Made by a program: the position numbers and the translations under genes. The notes under the pieces are model-generated. The model was not told the origin of the DNA and ran no database searches. It was given only the letters and a program-made list of their open reading frames with translations. A stretch of DNA of 64,000 nt from Chitinophagaceae bacterium (GTDB lineage Bacteria; Bacteroidota; Bacteroidia; Chitinophagales; Chitinophagaceae): assembly GCA_025449645.1 (NCBI GenBank), contig JANWIY010000015.1, positions 6,615-70,614 of the forward strand, read 5' to 3'. Positions 1 through 9,979 of this stretch are shown piece after piece (within the stretch, counting starts at the first letter, position 1; each line of letters begins with the position of its first letter).

Positions 1-471
1 GTCCAATACAGCGCCGATGCAGAAACCTGGGCAAGTGCGGCAACCATTCCTGCAGGCTCAGCTCCGGCAGGTACCGTTGGGCAATATCAATATCAATACC
101 GAATGTCTGCAAATGAAACAGGAGCAATATACTTTCGGATCAAACGAGTAGACCCGGAAGGTAATATTACCTATTCCATTGTTAAAGTAATCAATCTGGA
201 ACAGGCAGATCAACGGCCGGGAATCCAGATCTATCCGAATCCGGTAGGCAATAATGTGATCGTTCAATTTGACGAACAGCAAACCGGTACTATTAATCTG
301 GAACTTATAAGTACTACGGGTCAGATTATACAGAAAAAAGTAGTTCAGATGGCAGGAAACAGCTTGGCAAATATGGAACTGATCAGCCATCCCGCGAAGG
401 GAATTTATTTTCTCCGGGCCCAGGATATCAGTAACAACCGCCAGTTCCTGACCAAGGTAATCGTGAACTGA
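1..471 (+). CDS. T9SS type A sorting (CTD) domain protein, C-terminal part (5' end outside window)
   Basis: Frame is open from base 1 (VQYSADAETW...) into ORF 103..471; has YFRIKRVDPEG..YS, IYPNP and GIYFL..KVIVN, typical of a Bacteroidota T9SS CTD. Confidence 0.85.
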   Translation, partial: VQYSADAETWASAATIPAGSAPAGTVGQYQYQYRMSANETGAIYFRIKRVDPEGNITYSIVKVINLEQADQRPGIQIYPNPVGNNVIVQFDEQQTGTINLELISTTGQIIQKKVVQMAGNSLANMELISHPAKGIYFLRAQDISNNRQFLTKVIVN

Positions 472-512
472 TTTATTTTTCGTAGGTTTGCCTGCTAAAA
501 GCCCTACAAATA

Positions 513-1187
513 ATGGAATATAATACAACGCGTAATCACCTGATTATGCGGGAATACGGTCGCCATATCCAGCGGATGATCGAGTACCTGCTCACGATTG
601 AGGACCGGGAAGTGCGGGAAAGAAATGCACAGGTGGTCATTGAATTGATGGGATTTCTGAATCCGCATCTTAAAAACGTAGAGGATTTCAGACATAAATT
701 ATGGGACCATCTTTTTCTCATATCTGATTTTAAACTGGAAGTCTCTTCCCCTTATCCCATACCGACCCGTGAAACCCTGAGGCCGAAATCAGATGCACTT
801 CCTTATCCGAAAAGATATCCGAAGCATGCCCATCTGGGTAAGAATCTTGAATTGATTATTCAGAAAGCACTGCTGGAAGAAAATCCGGATAAGAAAAACG
901 GACTCGCCAACGCCATTGCCTATTACATGAAGCTGGCCTACAACAACTGGCATAAAGAAACAGTACATGACGATGCCATCCAGGGTGAGTTGAGCGCAAT
1001 TACCGACGGCCAGCTGGAATTTACCAATACGCCTTTTGTAAGAAGTTTCAGACCAAACGAAAATCGTGATCGTGGCAGCAATGGATACGGCGACTATCGC
1101 AATAAACGCAATCAAAAATTTCAGCGTAATAATAACAACAACCGGAATAACGACCGCGGGGGTAAATTCAAAAAGAAAAGATATTGA
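513..1187 (+). CDS. DUF4290 domain protein
   Basis: MEYNTTR..L.MREYGRHIQ.M, KLWDHL and basic N/R/K-rich tail; usual position upstream of murA in Bacteroidota. Confidence 0.85.
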   Translation: MEYNTTRNHLIMREYGRHIQRMIEYLLTIEDREVRERNAQVVIELMGFLNPHLKNVEDFRHKLWDHLFLISDFKLEVSSPYPIPTRETLRPKSDALPYPKRYPKHAHLGKNLELIIQKALLEENPDKKNGLANAIAYYMKLAYNNWHKETVHDDAIQGELSAITDGQLEFTNTPFVRSFRPNENRDRGSNGYGDYRNKRNQKFQRNNNNNRNNDRGGKFKKKRY

Positions 1188-2492
1188 ATGAACGCCTTTG
1201 AAGTTACCGGTGGTAAACGTCTGAAGGGAGAGATTACTCCCCAGGGAGCAAAAAATGAAGCGCTCCAGGTGATCAGCGCCGTGCTACTTACAAAAGGGAA
1301 AATAACGATCTCCAACATTCCCGATATTCTTGATGTCAACCTGCTTATTGAACTCCTCGAGGAAATGGGTGTAAGAACTGATCGTTCTTCCAGGCATTCC
1401 TGCAGCTTCCAGGCAGATCAGGTGAACGTAGATTATCTCAACAATGAGACTTATCGTAAGAAGAGTGGACGCCTCAGGGGTTCGGTGATGCTTGCAGGCC
1501 CGCTATTGGCAAGGTTTAAAAAGGCTTATGTACCGAAGCCCGGAGGCGACAAAATAGGCAGGAGAAGACTGGATACCCATATTATTGGCTTTGAAAAGCT
1601 GGGAGCCCGGTTTTCCTATGACGCAGGAGATGATTATTTCCGGCTGGATGCAGCGGAACTGAAAGGCACGTATCTTTTGTTAGAAGAACCATCCGTTACC
1701 GGAACAGCGAATATCGTGATGGCAGCATCCCTGGCAACCGGAACTACCACTATTTACAATGCAGCTTGTGAACCCTATATCCAGCAGTTATGCCACATGC
1801 TCAACGGCATGGGCGCAAGGATTTCTGGCATCGGAAGTAATTTACTCGAAATAGAAGGTGTGCAGGAACTTTCAGGCACGGATCACAGGATGCTTCCTGA
1901 TATGATTGAGATCGGCTCTTTTATCGGAATGGCTGCCATGACGCAAAGTGACATCCTGATAAAAGACGTGAACCTCCCAAACCTCGGCTTGATCCCGGAA
2001 AAGTTCCGACAACTGGGAATTCGGATTGAAATCTCGGGAGACGATATTCATGTGCCTGCACAGGACCTTTATGAAATACAAACCTATCTGGATGGATCCG
2101 TGCTCACCATCTACGATCATCCCTGGCCCGGCCTGACTCCGGACCTACTGAGCGTGATGCTGGTGGTTGCCACCCAGGCAAAAGGCAGCGTACTCATACA
2201 CCAGAAAATGTTCGAGAGCAGGTTGTTTTTCGTAGACAAGCTGCTGGATATGGGTGCGCAAATCATTCTTTGCGATCCCCATCGTGCGGCTGTTATCGGT
2301 CTTGGAAGAGCGCATCGATTGCGTGGCATCACGATGAGCAGTCCGGATATCCGTGCAGGTGTTTCTTTACTTATTGCCGCCATGAGTGCAGAGGGGAAAA
2401 GCACTATCCAGAACATTGATCAGATTGACCGGGGTTACCAGTATATTGACGAACGACTAAACCGGTTGGGAGCGTCGATTAAAAGAGTATAA
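1188..2492 (+). CDS. murA: UDP-N-acetylglucosamine 1-carboxyvinyltransferase
   Basis: GAKN, RGS, PGGDKIGRR, SVTGTAN, PDMIE and DIRAG motifs. Confidence 0.97.
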   Translation: MNAFEVTGGKRLKGEITPQGAKNEALQVISAVLLTKGKITISNIPDILDVNLLIELLEEMGVRTDRSSRHSCSFQADQVNVDYLNNETYRKKSGRLRGSVMLAGPLLARFKKAYVPKPGGDKIGRRRLDTHIIGFEKLGARFSYDAGDDYFRLDAAELKGTYLLLEEPSVTGTANIVMAASLATGTTTIYNAACEPYIQQLCHMLNGMGARISGIGSNLLEIEGVQELSGTDHRMLPDMIEIGSFIGMAAMTQSDILIKDVNLPNLGLIPEKFRQLGIRIEISGDDIHVPAQDLYEIQTYLDGSVLTIYDHPWPGLTPDLLSVMLVVATQAKGSVLIHQKMFESRLFFVDKLLDMGAQIILCDPHRAAVIGLGRAHRLRGITMSSPDIRAGVSLLIAAMSAEGKSTIQNIDQIDRGYQYIDERLNRLGASIKRV

Positions 2493-2519
2493 GAATTCAA
2501 GCATAAAATTTCAGATCTG

Positions 2520-3092
2520 ATGCTGATCATCATCACGGCACCATCCGGGGCAGGAAAAACTTCCATCACGCGTTACCTGCTGCAGTTTTTTCCACAACTG
2601 GCGTTTTCCGTTTCTGCCGCCACGCGGCCGCAACGTTCCGACGAGATCAATGGCGCGGATTATTATTTTATGAGCCTGGATGAATTTCACAAAAAAATAC
2701 AGAACGACGAATTCATTGAATGGGAAATGGTATATGAGGGAAAATATTATGGTACCCTCAAAACGGAAATTCAAAGGATTAAGGCCATGCATAAAATACC
2801 CATCCTGGATATCGATGTAAAGGGCGCCATTCATGTTCAGCAACAATATACGGAACGGTCCCTATCCATTTTTGTTCAGCCCCCTTCCATTGAAGAATTG
2901 AAACGACGGCTTGAACTTCGTGCCACCGAATCCCCCGAAGCTCTGCAGGACCGGCTAAACAAAGCGGCTTATGAGATTTCCTTTCGCAGTCATTTCGACA
3001 GCATCATCATAAACGACGACCTGAACAGGGCCTGTCATGAAGCACGCTCCATTATTTCCGGATTATTTAAGGAAGAAGGAGTACCCGGGTGA
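2520..3092 (+). CDS. gmk: Guanylate kinase
   Basis: APSGAGKT P-loop, SAATRPQR..E.NG.DYYF, YYGT, LDIDVKGA. Confidence 0.96.
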   Translation: MLIIITAPSGAGKTSITRYLLQFFPQLAFSVSAATRPQRSDEINGADYYFMSLDEFHKKIQNDEFIEWEMVYEGKYYGTLKTEIQRIKAMHKIPILDIDVKGAIHVQQQYTERSLSIFVQPPSIEELKRRLELRATESPEALQDRLNKAAYEISFRSHFDSIIINDDLNRACHEARSIISGLFKEEGVPG

Positions 3093-3134
3093 CAGCTCAA
3101 AATTCTGGGTTTTTCCAGCTATATTCGTATTTGC

Positions 3135-4412
3135 ATGATCAATACCAATACCCTCGTCTGGATCATCATAGCGTGGGTGATGATTATTTTTTTCGCCGGC
3201 ATTGAGATCGCTTTTGCCAATGCGAACCGCCTGACGATTGAGTTGAAAAAAAAGCAGGGACTGAGCCGCAGTATACTGCTTTCCCGCTTACTTGATCAGC
3301 CGTCCCGGTTTATCAGCGCAATCCTAATCGGTTTCAATATTTTCTTGGTTGTATTCGGACTGCTGGTTGGGGAAACCCTTTCACCATTATGGGATTTCAT
3401 TATAAAAAAGACGGTGGTTCCTCAGGCCTGGGTGGATATCTTCAGGTTACTGTTTGAAACGTTTACCTCCACACTGTTCATCCTTTTTTTTGGAGAATTG
3501 ATTCCGAAAGCTTTGTTCCGCGCAAAAAGCGACAGCCTGCTGGATTTCTTCGCGTCAATAAGTAAATTTTTTTACAACCTGCTCTACCCCATCTCTCTTT
3601 TTTTTACGCGGATTTCCGAATGGGTCCTGAAATATGTTTTCAATGTAAGGATAGATGAAGGAAAGGATCTTTTTTCCAAGGCCGATCTCGGTAATTTCTT
3701 CCGGCAGACGGGGGAGGGCGAGGAACCCCAACAGCAATTGAATACCGAATTGTTTGAAGCGGCTCTCTCCCTGCCAAAAGTGAAAGTCAGGGAGTGCCTT
3801 ATCCCCAGAAAGGAAATAGAAGGCATTGACGTCCGATTTTCAATAGATGAGGCTCGAAAAAAATTCGTGAGCAGCAAACTTAGCAAGCTGGTTGTATACG
3901 ACGGGAATATCGACCATGTGCTGGGCTATATTCACCAACTGGATCTCTTCAGGGGGCCTCTGCTGATAAGGGAAATATTGCTTCCCATTCCGGCTGTTCC
4001 CGAGAGTATGAGCGCTACAGACCTGATCAGTAAATTCAGCAGGGAAAGGAAAAGCATCGCCTGGGTTGTGGATGAATTTGGCGGTACGGCCGGTATTGTG
4101 ACGATGGAAGACCTGCTTGAAGAAATATTTGGCGAGATCAGGGATGAATATGATACGGAGGAATTTGAGGAAAAGAAATTATCTAATGAGGAATTTATAT
4201 TCGCAGGCCGCCTGGAACTGGATTACCTGAATGAAAAATACGGCATGGAATTTCCTGAAAATGAATCGGAAACACTTTCAGGCTTCATCATCAACCGCCA
4301 TGAAGCCATCCCGCGGCTGAAAGAACATATTATTATAGACGACTATGAGTTCGAAATACTCAGTGTAAGCGATACAAGGATAGAAATGGTTAAAATGAAG
4401 CTGCTCAAGTAA
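3135..4412 (+). CDS. HlyC/CorC family (CNNM/DUF21-CBS-CorC) membrane protein
   Basis: FFAGIEIAF, GELIPK, CBS pair, VVDEFGGTAGIVTMEDLLEEIFGEI.DEYD. Confidence 0.9.
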   Translation: MINTNTLVWIIIAWVMIIFFAGIEIAFANANRLTIELKKKQGLSRSILLSRLLDQPSRFISAILIGFNIFLVVFGLLVGETLSPLWDFIIKKTVVPQAWVDIFRLLFETFTSTLFILFFGELIPKALFRAKSDSLLDFFASISKFFYNLLYPISLFFTRISEWVLKYVFNVRIDEGKDLFSKADLGNFFRQTGEGEEPQQQLNTELFEAALSLPKVKVRECLIPRKEIEGIDVRFSIDEARKKFVSSKLSKLVVYDGNIDHVLGYIHQLDLFRGPLLIREILLPIPAVPESMSATDLISKFSRERKSIAWVVDEFGGTAGIVTMEDLLEEIFGEIRDEYDTEEFEEKKLSNEEFIFAGRLELDYLNEKYGMEFPENESETLSGFIINRHEAIPRLKEHIIIDDYEFEILSVSDTRIEMVKMKLLK

Positions 4413-4515
4413 TCCGGGCCTTTTCGGCCCTTTCCGGAAAACTTCAGCCGCCATTTCAGCATAAGTCTTTTTCAAACTACCTTTGCGGGGCTTTTATAAA
4501 TGGCACAAGTGATAT

Positions 4516-5364
4516 ATGGCGTTGAATTTTTTTAACAGAAACCCCGGCCAGTCAGAAATGTCCTTCATCGAACATCTCGAAGCTTTGCGCTGGCATATAG
4601 TAAGATCGGTACTGGCAATTGTGATTCTTGCCGTTTTGGCATTTCTTAAGATCGACTGGCTCTTTGAACACATCATCATGGGCCCCTTGCAAAAGAACTT
4701 TTTGTCGGTCGTTGGTCTTTGCAAACTAAGTCATTTCCTCCATATGGGAGATACGCTTTGTCTCCCCTCTGCCAATGTGCAATTACAGACTACTGCTTTC
4801 GGTTCGCAGTTCATCTCAAGCATTACCATAGCTTTCGTTTGCGGATTCATCATTGCTTTCCCTTATATATTCTGGGAATTATGGAGGTTTGTAAAACCTG
4901 CTTTATCCGCCAGGGAAATCAAAAGTACGCGTGGATCCATTTTTTATGTCACTTTATTTTTTTTGCTGGGCATAGCGTTCGGATACTACCTCCTGGCTCC
5001 TTTTACTTTTAGCTTTCTTTCCAATTATAAACTGGGCATGAGCGGCCTGCTCATTACCCGCCCGACACTTGATGATTACCTCGATAACCTGCTGGATATT
5101 CTGATCGGCTCGGGGATTGCCTTCCAACTTCCGCTGATCAGCTATGTGCTTACACATATCGGGCTGATCACGCCTGCATTTTTGCGCACTTACCGCAAAT
5201 ATGCATATGTAGCCATTCTGTTTGTGGCGGCAGTCATTACGCCTTCGCCTGACTGGATGAGTCAGACCATCGTAGCCCTTCCATTGATCCTGTTGTACGA
5301 AATCAGTATAAGGATATCTGTGCGGGTTGAGAGGGAATTGAAGAGAAGGGAATTGGAGGATTAA
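4516..5364 (+). CDS. tatC: Twin-arginine translocase subunit TatC
   Basis: EMSFIEHLEALRW, WRFVKPAL, FQLP, AAVITP.PD, LYE. Confidence 0.95.
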   Translation: MALNFFNRNPGQSEMSFIEHLEALRWHIVRSVLAIVILAVLAFLKIDWLFEHIIMGPLQKNFLSVVGLCKLSHFLHMGDTLCLPSANVQLQTTAFGSQFISSITIAFVCGFIIAFPYIFWELWRFVKPALSAREIKSTRGSIFYVTLFFLLGIAFGYYLLAPFTFSFLSNYKLGMSGLLITRPTLDDYLDNLLDILIGSGIAFQLPLISYVLTHIGLITPAFLRTYRKYAYVAILFVAAVITPSPDWMSQTIVALPLILLYEISIRISVRVERELKRRELED

Positions 5365-5370
5365 TTAGAA

Positions 5371-5488
5371 AGTAAAAAGTAAAAAGTAAAAAGTAAAAAG
5401 TACGTTCATTGTTGTTGGGTACGTAAATTACTTAACAAATCCGCAATCCAAAACTTTCCGGGATCAATTTTTACTTTTTACTTTTTAA
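5371..5488. repeat. Inverted arms of AGTAAAA heptamer tandem repeat between convergent tatC and adk
   Basis: (AGTAAAA)x4+AGTA at 5371-5402; reverse-complement copies TTTTTACTTTTTACTTTTT at 5468-5486. Confidence 0.85.
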
Positions 5489-6058
5489 TTTCTCCTCGAT
5501 CTCATCACATAATTTCTGAAAAATTTCTTCCACGGTTCCTTCACCGGAAATATAGACGACCTTATGAACTTTTTTATAATGGTCCGCTACGGCTGCGGTC
5601 TTCCTTTCGTATTCTTCAATTCGTGACCCGATGATGGATTCATTCACATCGTCAGTTCGTCCGGAAGTAAGCCCCCGGTTAAGCAGTCTTTTTACCAGTT
5701 CTGATTTGGAAACCTGCAGGGCAAGCACAATATTGATGGAAGTATTCTTTTCAGCAAGCAGGGCATCAAGCGCATTCGCCTGCGCATTGGTGCGTGGAAA
5801 TCCGTCAAACAGGAATCCCCTGGCGTCCGGATTGTGCTCAAGAGATGAACGGATCATGCCGATAACCACCGCATCCGGAACGAGTTGTCCCTGATCCATC
5901 AGACTTTTGGCCTCAAGCCCGAGAGCGGTACCGTTCCTGATCTCACTACGCAGGATGTCGCCTGTGCTCAGATGCTTTAAGCTGAATTTTGCAATCAGCT
6001 TTTCGGATTGCGTACCCTTGCCACTTCCCGGAGGACCAAAGAGAATCAGGTTAAACAT
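5471..6058 (-). CDS. adk: Adenylate kinase (short LID)
   Basis: GPPGSGKGTQ, STGDILR, GFLFDGFPR, GRTDD. Confidence 0.96.
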   Translation of the reverse strand: MFNLILFGPPGSGKGTQSEKLIAKFSLKHLSTGDILRSEIRNGTALGLEAKSLMDQGQLVPDAVVIGMIRSSLEHNPDARGFLFDGFPRTNAQANALDALLAEKNTSINIVLALQVSKSELVKRLLNRGLTSGRTDDVNESIIGSRIEEYERKTAAVADHYKKVHKVVYISGEGTVEEIFQKLCDEIEEKLKSKK

Positions 6059-6239
6059 GATGACTAGGTTAGAAACAAATATAGTGCAGCATTCTTATAA
6101 TTCCTTTAACAAAGCAGCCTTTTCCTTGCAGGAATCATTGATTAAAAGCAATTTTCACACATAAAAGAAACTATATCGAGGCCTGTTGTCAGGTGAGGAC
6201 AAACCGTCCGAACCTCAACTACGTTCATTTGTTATTCAT

Positions 6240-6794
6240 ATGCAAGTCATGATCAAAATCTTAAAAACTTCCGGTATTTTGCTTCTGGCATTTCTTTTCC
6301 AGGAGTGCTATTCGCAGACTTCAAACAAAAATAAAATTGTCGGCATGGACGCTTCAAAAACAGATACATCGGGTGTAAACCGCACGGATGCTGAGTGGAA
6401 GAAAATCCTTCCTGCAGATGTTTATTATGTTGCAAGACAAAAAGGAACTGAACGGCCTTATTCCAGCAAGTACGAGACATCCAAGGATATTGGCACCTAT
6501 TATTGTGCCGTCTGTGGAAATCCCTTATTTAAAAGCGATACCAAATTCGAGGCGGGATGCGGCTGGCCAAGTTTTTACGAACCGATCAGCAAAACGAGCG
6601 TCATTTATGCAAATGACAATTCCCTTGGGATGGAAAGAACTGAAGTGATGTGCGGGAAATGCAAATCGCATCTGGGCCATGTATTTCATGATGGGCCTCC
6701 GCCAACGGGACTCCGCTTTTGCATAAATGGCGTTGTTCTGGATTTCCATAAAGCACAGGAAGCACAGAAAAAGTATGATGAAAAGAAATCCTGA
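6240..6794 (+). CDS. msrB: Peptide-methionine (R)-S-oxide reductase with N-terminal export signal
   Basis: GTERP, CAVC/CGKC zinc ligands, GCGWPSF, HLGHVF.DGP.PTGLRFCIN; start more likely ATG 6240 or 6249 than TTG 6186. Confidence 0.93.
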   Translation: MQVMIKILKTSGILLLAFLFQECYSQTSNKNKIVGMDASKTDTSGVNRTDAEWKKILPADVYYVARQKGTERPYSSKYETSKDIGTYYCAVCGNPLFKSDTKFEAGCGWPSFYEPISKTSVIYANDNSLGMERTEVMCGKCKSHLGHVFHDGPPPTGLRFCINGVVLDFHKAQEAQKKYDEKKS

Positions 6795-6821
6795 ATGAGT
6801 AAGAATATTTAATGCTCCAGT

Positions 6822-6859
6822 AATAAAAAAGCTGTTTCCTATGAAACAGCTTTTTTATT
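6822..6859. terminator. Intrinsic terminator hairpin (bidirectional-type) after msrB
   Basis: AATAAAAAAGCTGTTTC-CTAT-GAAACAGCTTTTTTATT perfect inverted repeat. Confidence 0.85.
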
Positions 6860-7137
6860 TTGAAGCGCAAAAGCATCAACGATAAATGAATTTATTTTAT
6901 TCGCATCCCAAGGTCCGACCTGGTGTCCCGGCTACCTTAAAGGTTAAACATTGAAATGAAAAGCGAGGTTTTTATCGTCAAATTTTATTTGGAGCCTGCT
7001 TGCAGAATCCGTGACTAAAGCCTATTTTAGCGACTCAATCCATTGAATATTATGAAGCTAGCGCTGGATTCCCGCCTGGTTTCAGATCTGCACCTCAAAA
7101 TCCGGTCCTGGATTACCATATAAACCTTCAAAGCGGT

Positions 7138-7860
7138 ATGGAGAATTTTAAGATGCTTTCAATCATTATTCCTGCATACAATGAGGCAGGCACAATACAT
7201 ATGATCCTCAACAGGGTGGCCGAAGTTGTACTGATCAATGGCATTGAGAAGGAGTTAATCCTGGTGAATGATTGCTCCACCGATCATACAGAAGAAGTTT
7301 TATTGGAATACCGGAATCAGCATCCCAACATGAATATTCAATATTTCAAGCACGAAGTGAATCAGGGAAAGGGAGCAGCCATCCATACCGGGATAAAAAA
7401 AGCCACGGGAGAATATCTGGTTATCCAGGATGCGGACTTGGAATACGATCCGGAAGAATTTAATGAGCTCCTCAAACCCGTCATCCGCGGTTCTGCCGAT
7501 GTTGTTTTCGGTTCCCGTTTCCTCGGCGGAAACCCACACAGGATCCTCTTCTTCTGGCATTCAATCGGAAATAAAATGCTTACCCGGTTGAGTAATATGC
7601 TCACAAACCTGAATCTTACGGATATGGAGACCTGTTATAAGCTTTGCAAAACACCCATCATCCAAGGTATTGCACTTAAAGAAAAACGCTTTGGATTTGA
7701 GCCCGAGATAACGGCCAAACTGGCTCGTATTCCCGATATCCGCATTTACGAGGTAGGCATATCCTATTATGGTCGCACCTACCAGGAAGGTAAAAAGATC
7801 GGGTGGAGGGACGGATTCCGGGCCATATATTGTATTTTGAAATATAATCTTTTCCACTGA
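7138..7860 (+). CDS. GT2 glycosyltransferase, DPM1-like (polyprenol-phosphate sugar synthase type)
   Basis: IIIPAYNE, VNDCSTD, NQGKG, QDADLEYDP, GSRF, TDMETCYK, GFEPE, EGKKI. Confidence 0.9.
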   Translation: MENFKMLSIIIPAYNEAGTIHMILNRVAEVVLINGIEKELILVNDCSTDHTEEVLLEYRNQHPNMNIQYFKHEVNQGKGAAIHTGIKKATGEYLVIQDADLEYDPEEFNELLKPVIRGSADVVFGSRFLGGNPHRILFFWHSIGNKMLTRLSNMLTNLNLTDMETCYKLCKTPIIQGIALKEKRFGFEPEITAKLARIPDIRIYEVGISYYGRTYQEGKKIGWRDGFRAIYCILKYNLFH

Positions 7861-8603
7861 TGCCTCCTGGAATCGGCCAACAAACTGATCCTGCCGGATG
7901 GAGAACCCTTGAACTTTTTGCAGAGACACCTGCATTTAACCGATGGTTATTTGCACAGATTTCTTCCTTTTGCAAAGGAGAAGTATTGGAGATCGGCAGC
8001 GGTATCGGCAATATATCCGGTTTACTGATCGAAATGAATGAAAAAGTTCACCTGAGTGACCTGCGTGATGAATATTGCCTTTACCTCGAGAAAAAATATG
8101 CTGCCAATGCCCGATTAAAGGGGGTTTATCAAATTGACCTTTCCCTGCTTGATTTTGATTCCCGGTTTCCGGGATTGCTTCACCGGTTCGATACTGTAGT
8201 TGCACTGAACGTAATCGAGCATATAGAAAGAGATGAGTTAGCTGTTCAAAATGCAAAAAAATTATTAAGACCGGGCGGAATTCTGATTATCCTCGTTCCG
8301 GCCGGTCAATCACTTTTTAATCGTTTCGATCAGGAGCTCGGACATTACAGAAGATATAATAAAAAAACCGTTTCCGGGTTATTGTCTGGGGCCGGACTAA
8401 CCGTTATAAAATCAAGCTATTTTAATTTCGGTGGAATCCTGGGATGGTGGTATTCGGGTTCCGTGCTAAAGAAGAAAATCATACCCCATGCCCAATTGAA
8501 GTTATTCAATCAACTAGTCCCCGCTTTCCGCATGCTGGATCAGCTGGTGGCTCACGCTGCCGGCCTTTCTGTATTTGCGGTGGCTATTAACGCCTCAAGC
8601 TGA
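7860..8603 (+). CDS. Class I SAM-dependent methyltransferase
   Basis: VLEIGSGIG, FDTVVALNVIEHI, LRPGG, GHYRRY; start overlaps the GT2 stop (TGATG). Confidence 0.88.
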   Translation: MPPGIGQQTDPAGWRTLELFAETPAFNRWLFAQISSFCKGEVLEIGSGIGNISGLLIEMNEKVHLSDLRDEYCLYLEKKYAANARLKGVYQIDLSLLDFDSRFPGLLHRFDTVVALNVIEHIERDELAVQNAKKLLRPGGILIILVPAGQSLFNRFDQELGHYRRYNKKTVSGLLSGAGLTVIKSSYFNFGGILGWWYSGSVLKKKIIPHAQLKLFNQLVPAFRMLDQLVAHAAGLSVFAVAINASS

Positions 8604-8607
8604 AATC

Positions 8608-9888
8608 ATGATAAGATCCACTGCTTATTCGCTTCCGGGCCACCGGAACACCTGGCTGCTAAAGTGGGCGGTTTATATGCTGGCAGTTTTGTTTTTCATC
8701 AATTGCTTCAGCCCGCTGCGGATTCATGTAGATATGCTGCGTTATTTCGCGATCAAGGATTGTTTGGAAAATAATTGCCCTCCAACAGCAGATCGCACGG
8801 ATTACCTTCCATGTGGATACACGGCCTTACTCTTAGCGCTGTCCAAACTTGGAATATTAAGATCATTCTCCATCATATTTATCAATTGTATTTATCTTCT
8901 GTGCGGATTATATTTTGTAAGAAGGATTTTTGCCTATATCCAATCTCCGTTTTTCTTATTCGTACTGGTATTGCTCAATTGGACGGTCATTAAATTTGTT
9001 GACCATCCCTTGTCCGAATTACAATACCTCTTTTTTTCAATGGCATCCATTTACGCTTTTTATCAATACTCCGGAAATAAAAAGATGATCAATCTCCTGA
9101 TGGCTTTTCTTTTTGCGGCGCTTGCATTCCTGACGAGAACCGTAGGTGTTGCTTTACTGGCTGCTTTGTGCGCGGGATTGATCTGGGAATTCCGGAGGCA
9201 ATTGATTGGATTAATCAGAAGAAACAAAATCCTTGTCGCGATTCTCGCACTTTGCCTGATTGCCGTGCTGATTTTTTCAAAACAACTGGGGCTCAACCAC
9301 TATACCGGTGTGATGTCCAAACAATTCCAGGAAGGTGTCCATTTTTCCCAGATATTGAAATGGCATTTTTTGGAATGGGGTGAACTTTTTATCAATACAT
9401 CCTCAATTAAATTTTCAGGTTATTTGCCTCCCCCCTGGGGCATAGGAATATTTTTATTTGCCGGCTTGATATGCTTTTCCGGATTCATTTACATCTGCTT
9501 TATCAAAAGAAACAGGATTCCCTTTATCGTTAAGGCCTATCTTTTTTTCTACATGGTCCTGATGTTCAACTGGCCATTTTATGATCCGCGCTTTTGGGTT
9601 CCCGTGATTCCGTTGATCGCGGCCGTGATCGCACAGACATCCTTTCAGGAAAATAAATCTTTCAGGATAATAGCTTCGGTTTTTCTTGTTTTGTACACAG
9701 CATTCGGCATTGTATCTATGATATATATGACTTACACTTCCCTAAACAGGAAAATATTTGCCAGGACGGAAGCTGGCGGAGTTTACCGCAACGAATATGA
9801 AACCCATTTTTTTGGCAAACCCTTATCCGACACAGCCAACCACGAAGATCCTTATGTACTGGATGTTTTAAGGCGATACGACAAATAA
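8608..9888 (+). CDS. Polytopic membrane protein, possibly GT-C (ArnT/PMT-like) glycosyltransferase
   Basis: About 10-11 hydrophobic segments; D..RY early loop, P.GY, LSE, TR..G and PRF.P motifs resemble GT-C families. Confidence 0.6.
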   Translation: MIRSTAYSLPGHRNTWLLKWAVYMLAVLFFINCFSPLRIHVDMLRYFAIKDCLENNCPPTADRTDYLPCGYTALLLALSKLGILRSFSIIFINCIYLLCGLYFVRRIFAYIQSPFFLFVLVLLNWTVIKFVDHPLSELQYLFFSMASIYAFYQYSGNKKMINLLMAFLFAALAFLTRTVGVALLAALCAGLIWEFRRQLIGLIRRNKILVAILALCLIAVLIFSKQLGLNHYTGVMSKQFQEGVHFSQILKWHFLEWGELFINTSSIKFSGYLPPPWGIGIFLFAGLICFSGFIYICFIKRNRIPFIVKAYLFFYMVLMFNWPFYDPRFWVPVIPLIAAVIAQTSFQENKSFRIIASVFLVLYTAFGIVSMIYMTYTSLNRKIFARTEAGGVYRNEYETHFFGKPLSDTANHEDPYVLDVLRRYDK

Positions 9889-9931
9889 TCAGTCGCCCGG
9901 CCTGAAGAAGCTTTGAAAGTATCAGTAAAAC

Positions 9932-9957
9932 AAAAACCGGCATTGCTCATGCCGGTT
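9932..9957 (-). terminator. Intrinsic terminator between convergent genes
   Basis: AACCGGCAT-TGCTC-ATGCCGGTT stem, with a U-tract on the minus strand. Confidence 0.65.
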
Positions 9958-9979
9958 CCCGAGAAAGTTTTATTATTTA

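Noticed and set aside
1127-1152. AAT/AAC trinucleotide run
   Set aside because: Encodes the ordinary Asn-rich disordered tail of DUF4290; in-frame, not a phase-variation tract.
7850-7865. Programmed frameshift fusing GT2 and methyltransferase
   Set aside because: No canonical slippery heptamer; the TGATG overlap is ordinary translational coupling.
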